From: a virus
Taxonomy: Duplodnaviria; Caudoviricetes
Virus record (IMG/VR): IMGVR_UViG_3300020388_000010
Direction: 5' to 3' (one strand)
Length of the DNA stretch: 64,000 nt
Within the stretch, counting starts at the first letter, position 1. Every line of letters starts with the position of its first letter. The notes under the pieces are model-generated. The model did no database searches, had not been told where the DNA came from, and saw only the letters and a program-made list of their open reading frames with translations. Made by a program: the position numbers and the translations under genes. This document shows positions 1 to 8,939 of this stretch, in pieces.

Positions 1-90
1 ATCTATCAACAAGCGTTAGATGAAATCACTAAGTTAGAAGAAGAAATGAAACTAGGATTTGAGTTACCAATAAATTATATGGTAGGATAA
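1..90 (+). CDS. gp13: Neck protein gp13, C-terminal fragment (truncated by window start)
   Basis: Frame 1 reads IYQQALDEITKLEEEMKLGFELPINYMVG*, typical of the gp13 C-terminus; directly upstream of gp14. Confidence 0.8.
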   Translation: MYQQALDEITKLEEEMKLGFELPINYMVG

Positions 91-93
91 GTT

Positions 94-1263
94 ATGGCAG
101 TCAACAAATTTTTTCACGACAGTAATAAAACTTCTATATCTGCCGAGAGAAACTTATATAAAAATCTAATCAAAGAAGCTATCCAGATTCACGGACACGA
201 TGTCTATTATGTAAATAGAACATTTGTAAATGAAGATACTTTATTTGGTGAAGATACATCTTCAACTTTTTCTGAATCACAACTTATAGAAATGTATGTA
301 GAAAATGCAGAAGGTGGTCTTGAGGGTGAGAAAGAATTAGTATCAAAGTTTGGTTTAGATATCAAAGATGAAGTTACCTTTGTCGTAAGTAAAGAAAGAT
401 TTCAAGACATAACAAAACAAGTTGTTTTAGAGTCTGGTACTACTGAAACTTTTGGTGCAGTATTATTAGAAGATGAAACAACTACAAGTGAAAGTGCATA
501 TCTTGTAAATGAAGATGAATCTACTGATGCAGATAGACCTTTAGAGGGTGATTTAGTTTTTCATCCTATTATTAATAAAATGTTTGAAATCAGTTTTGTT
601 GACCACGATGAACCTTTCTTTCAATTAGATAACAATCCAGTTTATAAATTAAAATGTAGATTATTTGAATATGGTAGTGAGGGTCTTGATACTGGTGTAA
701 GTGCGATTGACCAAATAGAAACTGATAGTAGTTTAGATGCACTTTCATATCAATTCACATTAGAACAAACTGGAACATACACAGAAGAAATTTCATTAGA
801 AGATAATGATTTATTATTATTAGATAGAACAGATGGTAGTGATTCTGATGCTGGTGATAATTTAATTTCTGAAACACAGTTTGGTGCAAGTTCTATATTA
901 CTAGAAACTGCTGATACTTATTACATTACAGTTAAAGATGAAACTGGTGCGTTTGAATTAGACGAAGTTATCACTGGTGCAAACGGTGGACAGGCTTATA
1001 TTAAGTTAATAAATAGTAACACATTACACTTTGAATATATAACTGGAACATTTGCAAAAGATGAAGTTATTACTGGTAGAAACAATGGGTTTACTGCAAC
1101 AATAACTGAAATGAAAGAAGAAAATCATTATCTAATTAATGAAGAATATAATGTAGATACTATTGATGAAAAATCTCAGATTGAAGATTTTGAAAACTTA
1201 GATAATACAATATTAGACTTTAGTGAATCAAATCCATTTGGTGACGCTGGGAAGGAAACATAA
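94..1263 (+). CDS. gp14: Neck protein gp14 with acidic internal/C-terminal extension
   Basis: EAIQIHGHDVYYV, SKFGLDIKDEVTFVVSKERF, RPLEGDLVF, FEISFVDHDEPFFQL, terminal ILDFSESNPFG. Confidence 0.9.
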   Translation: MAVNKFFHDSNKTSISAERNLYKNLIKEAIQIHGHDVYYVNRTFVNEDTLFGEDTSSTFSESQLIEMYVENAEGGLEGEKELVSKFGLDIKDEVTFVVSKERFQDITKQVVLESGTTETFGAVLLEDETTTSESAYLVNEDESTDADRPLEGDLVFHPIINKMFEISFVDHDEPFFQLDNNPVYKLKCRLFEYGSEGLDTGVSAIDQIETDSSLDALSYQFTLEQTGTYTEEISLEDNDLLLLDRTDGSDSDAGDNLISETQFGASSILLETADTYYITVKDETGAFELDEVITGANGGQAYIKLINSNTLHFEYITGTFAKDEVITGRNNGFTATITEMKEENHYLINEEYNVDTIDEKSQIEDFENLDNTILDFSESNPFGDAGKET

Positions 1264-2063
1264 TGTTAGGACAACAATTTTATCACGAAACGATTAGAAA
1301 AATAATAGTATCATTTGGTACTATTTTTAATAATATTCAAATTATCAGAAAAAATAGTTCTGGTAATATTACACAATCTATGAAAGTTCCATTAGCATAT
1401 GGGCCTAAACAGAAGTTCCTTACAAGAATTAGAGAAGATGCAAGTATTAGTAAAACAACTGCGATTACTTTACCTAGAATTGCATTTGAGATACAAACAC
1501 TTTCTTACGATACAACTAGAAAATTAAATCGTGTTACAAAGATTAGAAAAACAAGTGCAAAAGGTTCTTCTAAATTAGAAACACAATATATGCCTGTACC
1601 TTATAATGTTGATTTACAATTATTTGTTATGGCAAAAAGTGGTGATGATGCACTACAAATTATAGAACAGATATTACCTTTTTTTCAACCAGAATATACA
1701 ATCACAGTCAATGATAATTTAGATATGAAACAAAAAAGAGATGTACCTATTGTATTGACTGGTATAGATTACGAAGATAATTACGAGGGTGATTTCACAA
1801 CAAGACGAGCAATCATTTATACATTATCTTTTACTGCAAAATTTTATTTGTATGGGCCTGTTACTTCACAGTCTGTTATCAAATCAGTTCAAGTTGACCA
1901 GTTTACAGATTTACCAGACAAATCACCTAAGAGAGAACAAAGATATAGTGTCACACCAGAACCAGTATCTGCTGATTTTGATGATAACTTTGGATTTAAT
2001 GAAACAACATCTTTTTTCCAAGATGCAAAAGAGTTTAATCCAAAAACTGGTAGTGATGAATAA
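1263..2063 (+). CDS. gp15: Tail sheath stabiliser/terminator gp15
   Basis: FYHETIRKIIVSFGTIFNNI, VPLAYGPKQKFL, QIIEQILPFFQP, YTLSFTAKFYLYGP. Confidence 0.93.
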   Translation: MLGQQFYHETIRKIIVSFGTIFNNIQIIRKNSSGNITQSMKVPLAYGPKQKFLTRIREDASISKTTAITLPRIAFEIQTLSYDTTRKLNRVTKIRKTSAKGSSKLETQYMPVPYNVDLQLFVMAKSGDDALQIIEQILPFFQPEYTITVNDNLDMKQKRDVPIVLTGIDYEDNYEGDFTTRRAIIYTLSFTAKFYLYGPVTSQSVIKSVQVDQFTDLPDKSPKREQRYSVTPEPVSADFDDNFGFNETTSFFQDAKEFNPKTGSDE

Positions 2064-2082
2064 ATAAGAGTAGGAGAATAAA

Positions 2083-2946
2083 GTGCCAATAAGAACATTA
2101 CCAAGTAGAGCTATTGCAGATGCATCAATACAGGCTGTTGATATTGCAAACTCTAGTATATCAAAAACAAAAATAGATGCAGATACACGATTAGGTCTGC
2201 AAAACGATTCAATTATATTAGATGGAACAGATGGCGCTGGTGCAAACAAGGGCGACTTTTTATCATTAAATGGTACAGATGGTTCTAGTACAAATGCAGA
2301 TGATAGAATACTTTTTGACGAAACTTTTATTGATAAAGTAAACTTATTTAACATAAACACATTGGGTTCAAGTGGACAAGCTCTTAAAGTTAATGATGCT
2401 GGAAATGATTTTACATTTGGTTCTGCTGGTACTAATGTTAAAATTACAGAAACAGATGTTACAGGCAGTGTTTCTGAAGTAATATTTGATAATACAGTAA
2501 TGACTGGTTATACTAGATTTAAAATCGTAGTTCATAATCTTACATTTTCAACAACAGCAGATTTAAGAATGGCAGATTCACCAGATAATGGTTCAACTGT
2601 ATCATTTACTGGTTATTATGGTTCTCACTATTCACAGTTAGGTTCTTCATCACACGCAGTTGGTTCTGATACTGATACAAACTATTATGATTTTGCTGGT
2701 TGGAATTTTAAAGCAAATATAGGAAATTATCTTGAGTTTGATTGTGTAAATTTTGGTAGGTCAGATACTAATGATTACAAAAAATATATAGTTAATTGGA
2801 TTCATTATAATAACAATAATAATCATTATGGTGTTATAAATTACTTTACAAGTTCATTAGCATCTGCAATGAATTGGATAAGATTTTATCCATCAAGTGG
2901 TACAATAGATGAGGGAAAATTTATTGTTTATGGTGTAAATGAATAA
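2083..2946 (+). CDS. Putative virion fibre/appendage protein (GTG start)
   Basis: AGGAG RBS; N-terminal IADASIQAVDIANSSISKTKI repeats, LDGTDG motifs, beta-rich C-terminal domain ending IRFYPSSGTIDEGKFIVYGV typical of marine phage fibres. Confidence 0.6.
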   Translation: MPIRTLPSRAIADASIQAVDIANSSISKTKIDADTRLGLQNDSIILDGTDGAGANKGDFLSLNGTDGSSTNADDRILFDETFIDKVNLFNINTLGSSGQALKVNDAGNDFTFGSAGTNVKITETDVTGSVSEVIFDNTVMTGYTRFKIVVHNLTFSTTADLRMADSPDNGSTVSFTGYYGSHYSQLGSSSHAVGSDTDTNYYDFAGWNFKANIGNYLEFDCVNFGRSDTNDYKKYIVNWIHYNNNNNHYGVINYFTSSLASAMNWIRFYPSSGTIDEGKFIVYGVNE

Positions 2947-3335
2947 TGTCAAAAGTAAATAATATTCTAGATGAAACATTGATAGGTGAACAAATTATGA
3001 AGGTTGAAGATAAACCAAAAACTGTTGTCAAAACAAATAATGAAGGTAATGATTTTGAATATCAAAGACAAAATTTTTATTCATTAGTTGAAAAAGGACA
3101 AGATGCAATAGAAGGTATATTAGACCTTGCAAGGGAAAGTGAACATCCAAGAACATATGAAGTTGCTGGACAACTCATAAAAAATGTTGCAGAGGTCACA
3201 GAGAAACTTGGTGATTTACATTTGAAGATGCAAAAGTTGAAAGAATTACCAGACAAGGGGCCGAAGAATGTAACTAATGCATTGTTTGTTGGTTCTACAA
3301 CAGAACTACAAAAAATGTTAAAAAATAACAAGTAG
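2946..3335 (+). CDS. gp16: Terminase small subunit gp16
   Basis: DFEYQRQNFYSLVEKGQDAIEGIL, SEHPRTYEVAGQLIK, NALFVGSTTELQKML. Confidence 0.93.
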   Translation: MSKVNNILDETLIGEQIMKVEDKPKTVVKTNNEGNDFEYQRQNFYSLVEKGQDAIEGILDLARESEHPRTYEVAGQLIKNVAEVTEKLGDLHLKMQKLKELPDKGPKNVTNALFVGSTTELQKMLKNNK

Positions 3336-3340
3336 GTAAA

Positions 3341-5239
3341 ATGTCTGATACTAAAGTAAACAGCAATATGATTGAAGAATCTGGTAAAGTTAGTTCTGGA
3401 CAGATTCAACCTAATTCAATTTCAACTGCTGATATAACAAACTCATCAATTACTAATAGTGATATCTCTCCATCAGCTGCAATCGCATTAAATAAATTTA
3501 GTTTGCCTGGAAGTTCATCAGATTTTTTAAAAGGTGATGGAAGTTTTGGTACTGTTGATTTAAGTGCAGTAGGTACTAATGCATTTAATGTTGGTGTGTT
3601 AGGTTTTAAACTCGCAGTCAATGAAGGACTCACTATTTTTAATCTTGTTGATGGTATCGTAGACGAATTTAATAGTGAAGGTGGTATTGATACTGGCGAA
3701 AACTCAAACGCATCTTACGAATCAGCATCAGATTTTTATCAAAATTTATCACCAACGCCTGGTGTTGCAATGCATCTCGGTGTAGATGCAGTTACATTTG
3801 AAAACCCAGAACACGCACCATTAATTACATACACTTCTCAAGAAGCTACATTCGGTGCATTTGGAACTCAAGGTAGTATAACATTTCCCACATTAACAAC
3901 TTCAATAGAAGCAACTATGGTTGGTGCTGGTGCTGGAAACAATAGTCAAGGTTCTGGAGGTTCTGGTGGTAGTGTACAAGGTACAATAGCAAGTCCATCA
4001 ATCGCTGGTGCTACTTGGGATTATGTTGTAGGTGAAGCTGGTGTTGGCCCACAATACAGTACCCCCCAATATCCAAGTGGAGATATAGGTGCTACTGGTG
4101 GTTATGGTGGTGGTGCTTATGGTGCTATTGGTGGAGGTGGTGGTTTTACTGGAATTTTTGATGGTGAAGTTACAATTATAGAGGGTGGTACATATGGTGA
4201 AACTGGAAATTATCATACACCAGGCACACCTAATAATTATCCATTTGAGGGCCCAGGTTTTTCAGATACAGTTTCTCCAACTAATGCTAGTGAAGCAGTT
4301 TTAATTGTAGGTTCTGGTGGTGCTGGTGAAAATTCAAACGGTGCTCCAGCAGCACAAGGTGGTGGTGGTGGATTTACTGCTGGAACTAATGGTTCTGGTG
4401 GTTTTAGTGTACCTACTGCTAGTTCTGGTGGTACTAATGCATCTGGTGGGGGTGCAGACCAAGAAGCAAACGGACATTTAGGGGCATATCCAGTTGGTGA
4501 AATTTCTGGAGGAGGCCCAGCAGAGTGGACACAAGAATCTCCACACCCAGATGCAATACATTTTCAAGGTGGTGGAATGATGTACCCACCTTATCACTAT
4601 GGTGGTGGTGGTTCTGGATATCACGGAGGTGGTGGTACATCTGACCCAGGCGGTTATACTGGTGGTACTGGTGGTGGTTCTGGATATTCAAATCCTACAT
4701 ATGTTGCAACTCCATCTTTAGAATATGAAACAGCAGTTGGTAGTGCATCAAATCCTACTCCATTAAGTGTATTTGACGAAGCACCATATTATACTGGATT
4801 GCCTTCACCAAGACAAGCACTTTTTGCTGATGGAGCTAGAGGTGAAGGGGCAACTAGTGGTGCTACAAATACTGGTGGTGATGGTGGTATTCTTTTAGTT
4901 TTTGATGCTGGTTCAAGTTCAACAAGTATGACTTTAGTATCAGATACATTTACTGCGAGTGCGACACCATCTACTTCAAGAGTTGTGTTGTTTGCAGAAA
5001 TAGCAGATGATTTAAATACTGATGTTGCAATATCAGTAACAAGAGATAATACAACATACAATTCAGTATCATTAACTGATACTGGTTTTGTAAGTGGTTC
5101 AAGTGGTATTAAAATATATACTGGTAGCACACCTTTAACTGGAAGTGCTAGTCCACAAGTTCAGATGAGGTGGAAAGTTGTTGGGTCATCACTTACTGGT
5201 ACAAATAAAATTCACGGAGTTGCACTACAATGGGCATAA
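3341..5239 (+). CDS. Glycine-rich fibre/receptor-binding-like protein, paralogue 1
   Basis: Conserved N block (AFNVGVLGFKLAVNEGLTIFNLVDG), Gly-rich centre, conserved C block ending KIHGVALQWA. Confidence 0.7.
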   Translation: MSDTKVNSNMIEESGKVSSGQIQPNSISTADITNSSITNSDISPSAAIALNKFSLPGSSSDFLKGDGSFGTVDLSAVGTNAFNVGVLGFKLAVNEGLTIFNLVDGIVDEFNSEGGIDTGENSNASYESASDFYQNLSPTPGVAMHLGVDAVTFENPEHAPLITYTSQEATFGAFGTQGSITFPTLTTSIEATMVGAGAGNNSQGSGGSGGSVQGTIASPSIAGATWDYVVGEAGVGPQYSTPQYPSGDIGATGGYGGGAYGAIGGGGGFTGIFDGEVTIIEGGTYGETGNYHTPGTPNNYPFEGPGFSDTVSPTNASEAVLIVGSGGAGENSNGAPAAQGGGGGFTAGTNGSGGFSVPTASSGGTNASGGGADQEANGHLGAYPVGEISGGGPAEWTQESPHPDAIHFQGGGMMYPPYHYGGGGSGYHGGGGTSDPGGYTGGTGGGSGYSNPTYVATPSLEYETAVGSASNPTPLSVFDEAPYYTGLPSPRQALFADGARGEGATSGATNTGGDGGILLVFDAGSSSTSMTLVSDTFTASATPSTSRVVLFAEIADDLNTDVAISVTRDNTTYNSVSLTDTGFVSGSSGIKIYTGSTPLTGSASPQVQMRWKVVGSSLTGTNKIHGVALQWA

Positions 5240-7149
5240 CAAAGTTAGAGAATCAAAATTTAAGTAATGACGCTATTGGAAGTGGTGAAATAAATACTGG
5301 TTCAGTTGATAGCTCTAAGATAGGTGCAGAAGTAAAAAACGAAGACATCTCTCCTAGTGCAAATATTTCAGCAACTAAGTTAGCACTACCTGGCCCACCA
5401 TCACAATTTGTTCGTGGTGATGGTTCATTTGGTGCTATTGATACAACTGGTATTAATGAAAATGCATTTAATATTGGTGTGTTAGGTTTCAAGATGGCAG
5501 TTAATGATGGACTCACAATATTTAATTTAAAAGATGGTGTAGTAGATGAATTTCACGATGAAAGTGGAATAGATACTGCTGAAAATACAAATGCAGCTTA
5601 CGATTCTACTTCAGATTTTTATAGTAATCAAGGTACAAATGTTGACTTACCTTCTCCACAAATAGGTAGAACATCTATCACTTCTACTGGTTCTGGAACA
5701 TATTCTGTTGAACCCACTATTACTGCAGTTGATGTGTTAATTATCGGTGGTGGAGGAGGAGCTGGTACTGGTGGTTATAACAATACTTCTGGTGGCGGTG
5801 GTGGTGCTGGTGGTTTAATATTTTATGAAGATTATCCAGTTACTGGTGGTGGTAGTATTCCAGTATCAGTAGGTGCTGGTGGCAGAGGTGGTGGTGGTGC
5901 ATCTTCATCTATTGCTGGATATCTTGGTGGTTCACCTGGCCCATATGAAACTGCGTTTGATAATGCAACTGCGATTAATGAAGCAAAAACATTTAATTTT
6001 TACAATCCAGCAGAACCAGCACCTCATCAATTTTTTTATTCGCCAGGTGAAAAAGGAACGGACTCTGTTTTTGGTGCAGCTCCAGCATTAGTTTTAACTG
6101 CTGAAGGTGGTGGTAGAGGTGGTGGATATGGTCACACGAGTTATATTGTATCTTTTGAAGATGCAACAATACAAGGTGGTAGTGCTGGTGGAGTTGGTTC
6201 ATATACTTCAGAAGATAATTCTGAAGCTGGAGCTGCAGAACACACATCTACTCAAGTATCAAATCATCCAGTTCCTGGCTTGTCAAACGACCCTTTACCA
6301 GGCACACCAATAAATGCACGAGGAGCTTTTGGAAGTGCTGGTGGTGTAGCAAGTGGAACTGCAGATAACACTACTCACGGAACATCTGGTGGGGGCGGTG
6401 GTGCTGGTACTTCTGGTGGTGATGGTACTGATTCACCAGAAACTGGTGGTGCTGGTGGTGAGGGTTTATTGTACAATGTTGCAGATGGTTCAACACCAGT
6501 AGGATATGCTGGTGGTGGTGGAGGTGGTGGTTCTGATACTGCACCTCCAAATGAAAGTGTACCTTTTGGTGGTGGTATTGGACAACTAACAACAAATAAC
6601 GAGTCAACGCCTTGGCTACAACCAATCGCTGCACTTGGGCCTGAATCTGGTGGTAATCCAGTTGATGCATATGGAAGTACAGAATCTTATCCAGGCGGTG
6701 ATGGAACTGCAAATCGTGGTGCTGGTGGAGGAGCTGGTATCACTCAAGGAGCATCGCCAACTGGTGTGGGTATTGGTGGTAATGGTGGCTCTGGTGTTAT
6801 AATAGTTACAGAAAGTAGATATAATGTTTCTAATACAAGTATGACTTTAATATCCGATACATTTACTGCAAGTTCAACACCAACTACAGCTAGAATAGTA
6901 GTCTTTGCAGAACTGCCTGATGGTCTTTCTGATTTTACTATAAGTGCAACAAGAGATAATAGTACATTTAATGCGATAACTTTAACAGATGAGGGTTTTG
7001 AAGCAGGAAGTTCTGGTATAAAAATATTTACTGGTTCAACTCCTTTAACTGGTTCAGCAAGTCCACAAGTGCAACTTAGATGGAAAATAGTAGGTTCATC
7101 TTTAAGTGGTGCAAATAAAATTCACGGAGTATCATTACAATGGGAATAA
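5230..7149 (+). CDS. Glycine-rich fibre/receptor-binding-like protein, paralogue 2
   Basis: Same N and C blocks; VDVLIIGGGGGAG...GGSGVIIV glycine-rich domain. Confidence 0.7.
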   Translation: MGITKLENQNLSNDAIGSGEINTGSVDSSKIGAEVKNEDISPSANISATKLALPGPPSQFVRGDGSFGAIDTTGINENAFNIGVLGFKMAVNDGLTIFNLKDGVVDEFHDESGIDTAENTNAAYDSTSDFYSNQGTNVDLPSPQIGRTSITSTGSGTYSVEPTITAVDVLIIGGGGGAGTGGYNNTSGGGGGAGGLIFYEDYPVTGGGSIPVSVGAGGRGGGGASSSIAGYLGGSPGPYETAFDNATAINEAKTFNFYNPAEPAPHQFFYSPGEKGTDSVFGAAPALVLTAEGGGRGGGYGHTSYIVSFEDATIQGGSAGGVGSYTSEDNSEAGAAEHTSTQVSNHPVPGLSNDPLPGTPINARGAFGSAGGVASGTADNTTHGTSGGGGGAGTSGGDGTDSPETGGAGGEGLLYNVADGSTPVGYAGGGGGGGSDTAPPNESVPFGGGIGQLTTNNESTPWLQPIAALGPESGGNPVDAYGSTESYPGGDGTANRGAGGGAGITQGASPTGVGIGGNGGSGVIIVTESRYNVSNTSMTLISDTFTASSTPTTARIVVFAELPDGLSDFTISATRDNSTFNAITLTDEGFEAGSSGIKIFTGSTPLTGSASPQVQLRWKIVGSSLSGANKIHGVSLQWE

Positions 7150-8939
7150 CAAAAGTAAATAAAAATCTTATTGGTGATAGTGCATTAGATAGTAATAAAA
7201 TTGCAGATGGTAGTATTGGTGCAGATGAGATATTAGACAATACCATTATCAATGCAGATGTATCACCACAAGCAAGTATTGCATTTTCAAAATTAAGTTT
7301 GCCTGGCAGTTCGTCAGATTTATTAAATGGTGCTGGTGGATTTCAAGTTGCAAATGTAGCACAAACAGATACAAATACTTTTAATATTGGTTTATTAGGG
7401 TTTAAGATGGCAGTCGCAGAAGGACTCACAATATTTAATTTAAAAGATGGTGTTGTGGATGAGTTTAATGATGAGTCTGGTATAGATACTGCCGAAAATT
7501 CTAATGTATCATATGATGATTCTTCAGATTTTTACTCTGGTGGTTCTGGTTTTAATAACTCTACTCCACCAACTCAAAATATATTTTCATTTACAGCAAA
7601 TGGGCCTCACACATATACTGTTGAGTCTGGTGTTACAAATGTTAATGTTTTAGTTGTTGGAGGTGGTGGAGGTGGAGGCTCTGGTGGTTATAATGCTGTT
7701 AAAGGTGGTGGTGCTGGTGCTGGTGGTTTAATCTACTATCCAAATTATCCAGTAACGCCTGGTGGTACAGTTGCAGTAGTGGTTGGTGCTGGTGGAGAAG
7801 GTGCTGGATATAATCCTCCAGCGCCTGGTTCAACACCTTACACTCCTACTGCAAGACCAGATGGTCGTAATGGAACTGGCGAATTCGGTGGTTATGAACA
7901 CCCACAATATTCATACCCAATGGCATACACATATTATTCGCCTGGACAAACTGGTACAGATTCTTCTTTCGGGCCTCTTATAGGTGAAGGTGGAGGTGCT
8001 GGAGGTGGTTATCTAACTTCTGGTTCGCATCCATATATGGGTGGTGTATCTGGTGAAACTTATCACGAAGGTGGTTCTGGTGGTGGTGGTGGTGCTGGGC
8101 CTGGGCCATATATGGGGCCTGGTGGAGAAGGTAAACAAGATGAAAATCATCCAATTCCATTGACTCCACAAATTTTACCAGTAAATTCTATTGGAAGTTT
8201 TGGAAATGATGGTGGTGTAAATCAACCAGATGCTGGGAATGAACTAGCAACAGCTGGTGGTGGTGGAGCTGGTGGTGTTGGTGGAGATGCAGAAGGCCCT
8301 ATCGGTGGAGAGGGTGGTAATGGTTTACTTTATAATATTGCAGATGGTACTACATCAGTAGGTTATGCTGGTGGTGGTGCTGGTGCTGGTTTAGGCGAAT
8401 TTCCAGAGGGTACTTCAGTACCTTTTGGTGGTGGAGATACAAACACCACCCCATTAGTACAACCAAATTGGTTTCCTGGCTTGCCTGGTGCTGTAAATAG
8501 TGGTGGAGGTGGAGCTGGTGCAAGAAATATTAATCCTTCCACTCCTGCTGGTGGTGCTGTTGGAGGAGATGGTGGGCCTGGTGTTGTTATTGTTAAGGAA
8601 ATACAAGGTACTATATCAGATACATCAACAACCCTAGTTTCAGATACATTTACTGCAAGTTCAACTCCGACTAAAGCAAGAATAGTTGTTTTTGCAGAAA
8701 TTAATAGTACATTAAATTCCGAATTAACTGCATCTGCAACTAGAGATAATACAACTTTTAATGCGATAACTTTAACAGACACTGGGTATGTGTCTGGTTC
8801 TTCTGGAACTAAAATATTCACTGGTAGTACACCTTTGACTGGTACTGCAAGTCCTCAAGTTCAAGTTCGTTGGAAAATAGTTGGTTCTGGATTATCTCAT
8901 ATTAATACTATTCACGGTGTTTCACTTCAATGGGCATAG
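7140..8939 (+). CDS. Glycine-rich fibre/receptor-binding-like protein, paralogue 3
   Basis: Same N and C blocks; VNVLVVGGGGGGG...GGPGVVIVK domain. Confidence 0.7.
   Translation: MGITKVNKNLIGDSALDSNKIADGSIGADEILDNTIINADVSPQASIAFSKLSLPGSSSDLLNGAGGFQVANVAQTDTNTFNIGLLGFKMAVAEGLTIFNLKDGVVDEFNDESGIDTAENSNVSYDDSSDFYSGGSGFNNSTPPTQNIFSFTANGPHTYTVESGVTNVNVLVVGGGGGGGSGGYNAVKGGGAGAGGLIYYPNYPVTPGGTVAVVVGAGGEGAGYNPPAPGSTPYTPTARPDGRNGTGEFGGYEHPQYSYPMAYTYYSPGQTGTDSSFGPLIGEGGGAGGGYLTSGSHPYMGGVSGETYHEGGSGGGGGAGPGPYMGPGGEGKQDENHPIPLTPQILPVNSIGSFGNDGGVNQPDAGNELATAGGGGAGGVGGDAEGPIGGEGGNGLLYNIADGTTSVGYAGGGAGAGLGEFPEGTSVPFGGGDTNTTPLVQPNWFPGLPGAVNSGGGGAGARNINPSTPAGGAVGGDGGPGVVIVKEIQGTISDTSTTLVSDTFTASSTPTKARIVVFAEINSTLNSELTASATRDNTTFNAITLTDTGYVSGSSGTKIFTGSTPLTGTASPQVQVRWKIVGSGLSHINTIHGVSLQWA

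Noticed and set aside
3900-8600. GGT-rich repeats as a possible CRISPR array, microsatellite or collagen
   Set aside because: They are Gly codons in open frames, with no fixed repeat-spacer period and no G-X-Y periodicity
3341-8939. Diversity-generating retroelement or invertase shufflon behind the fibre paralogues
   Set aside because: No reverse transcriptase or site-specific recombinase in the window, no adenine-specific TR/VR pair, and all copies are in direct orientation
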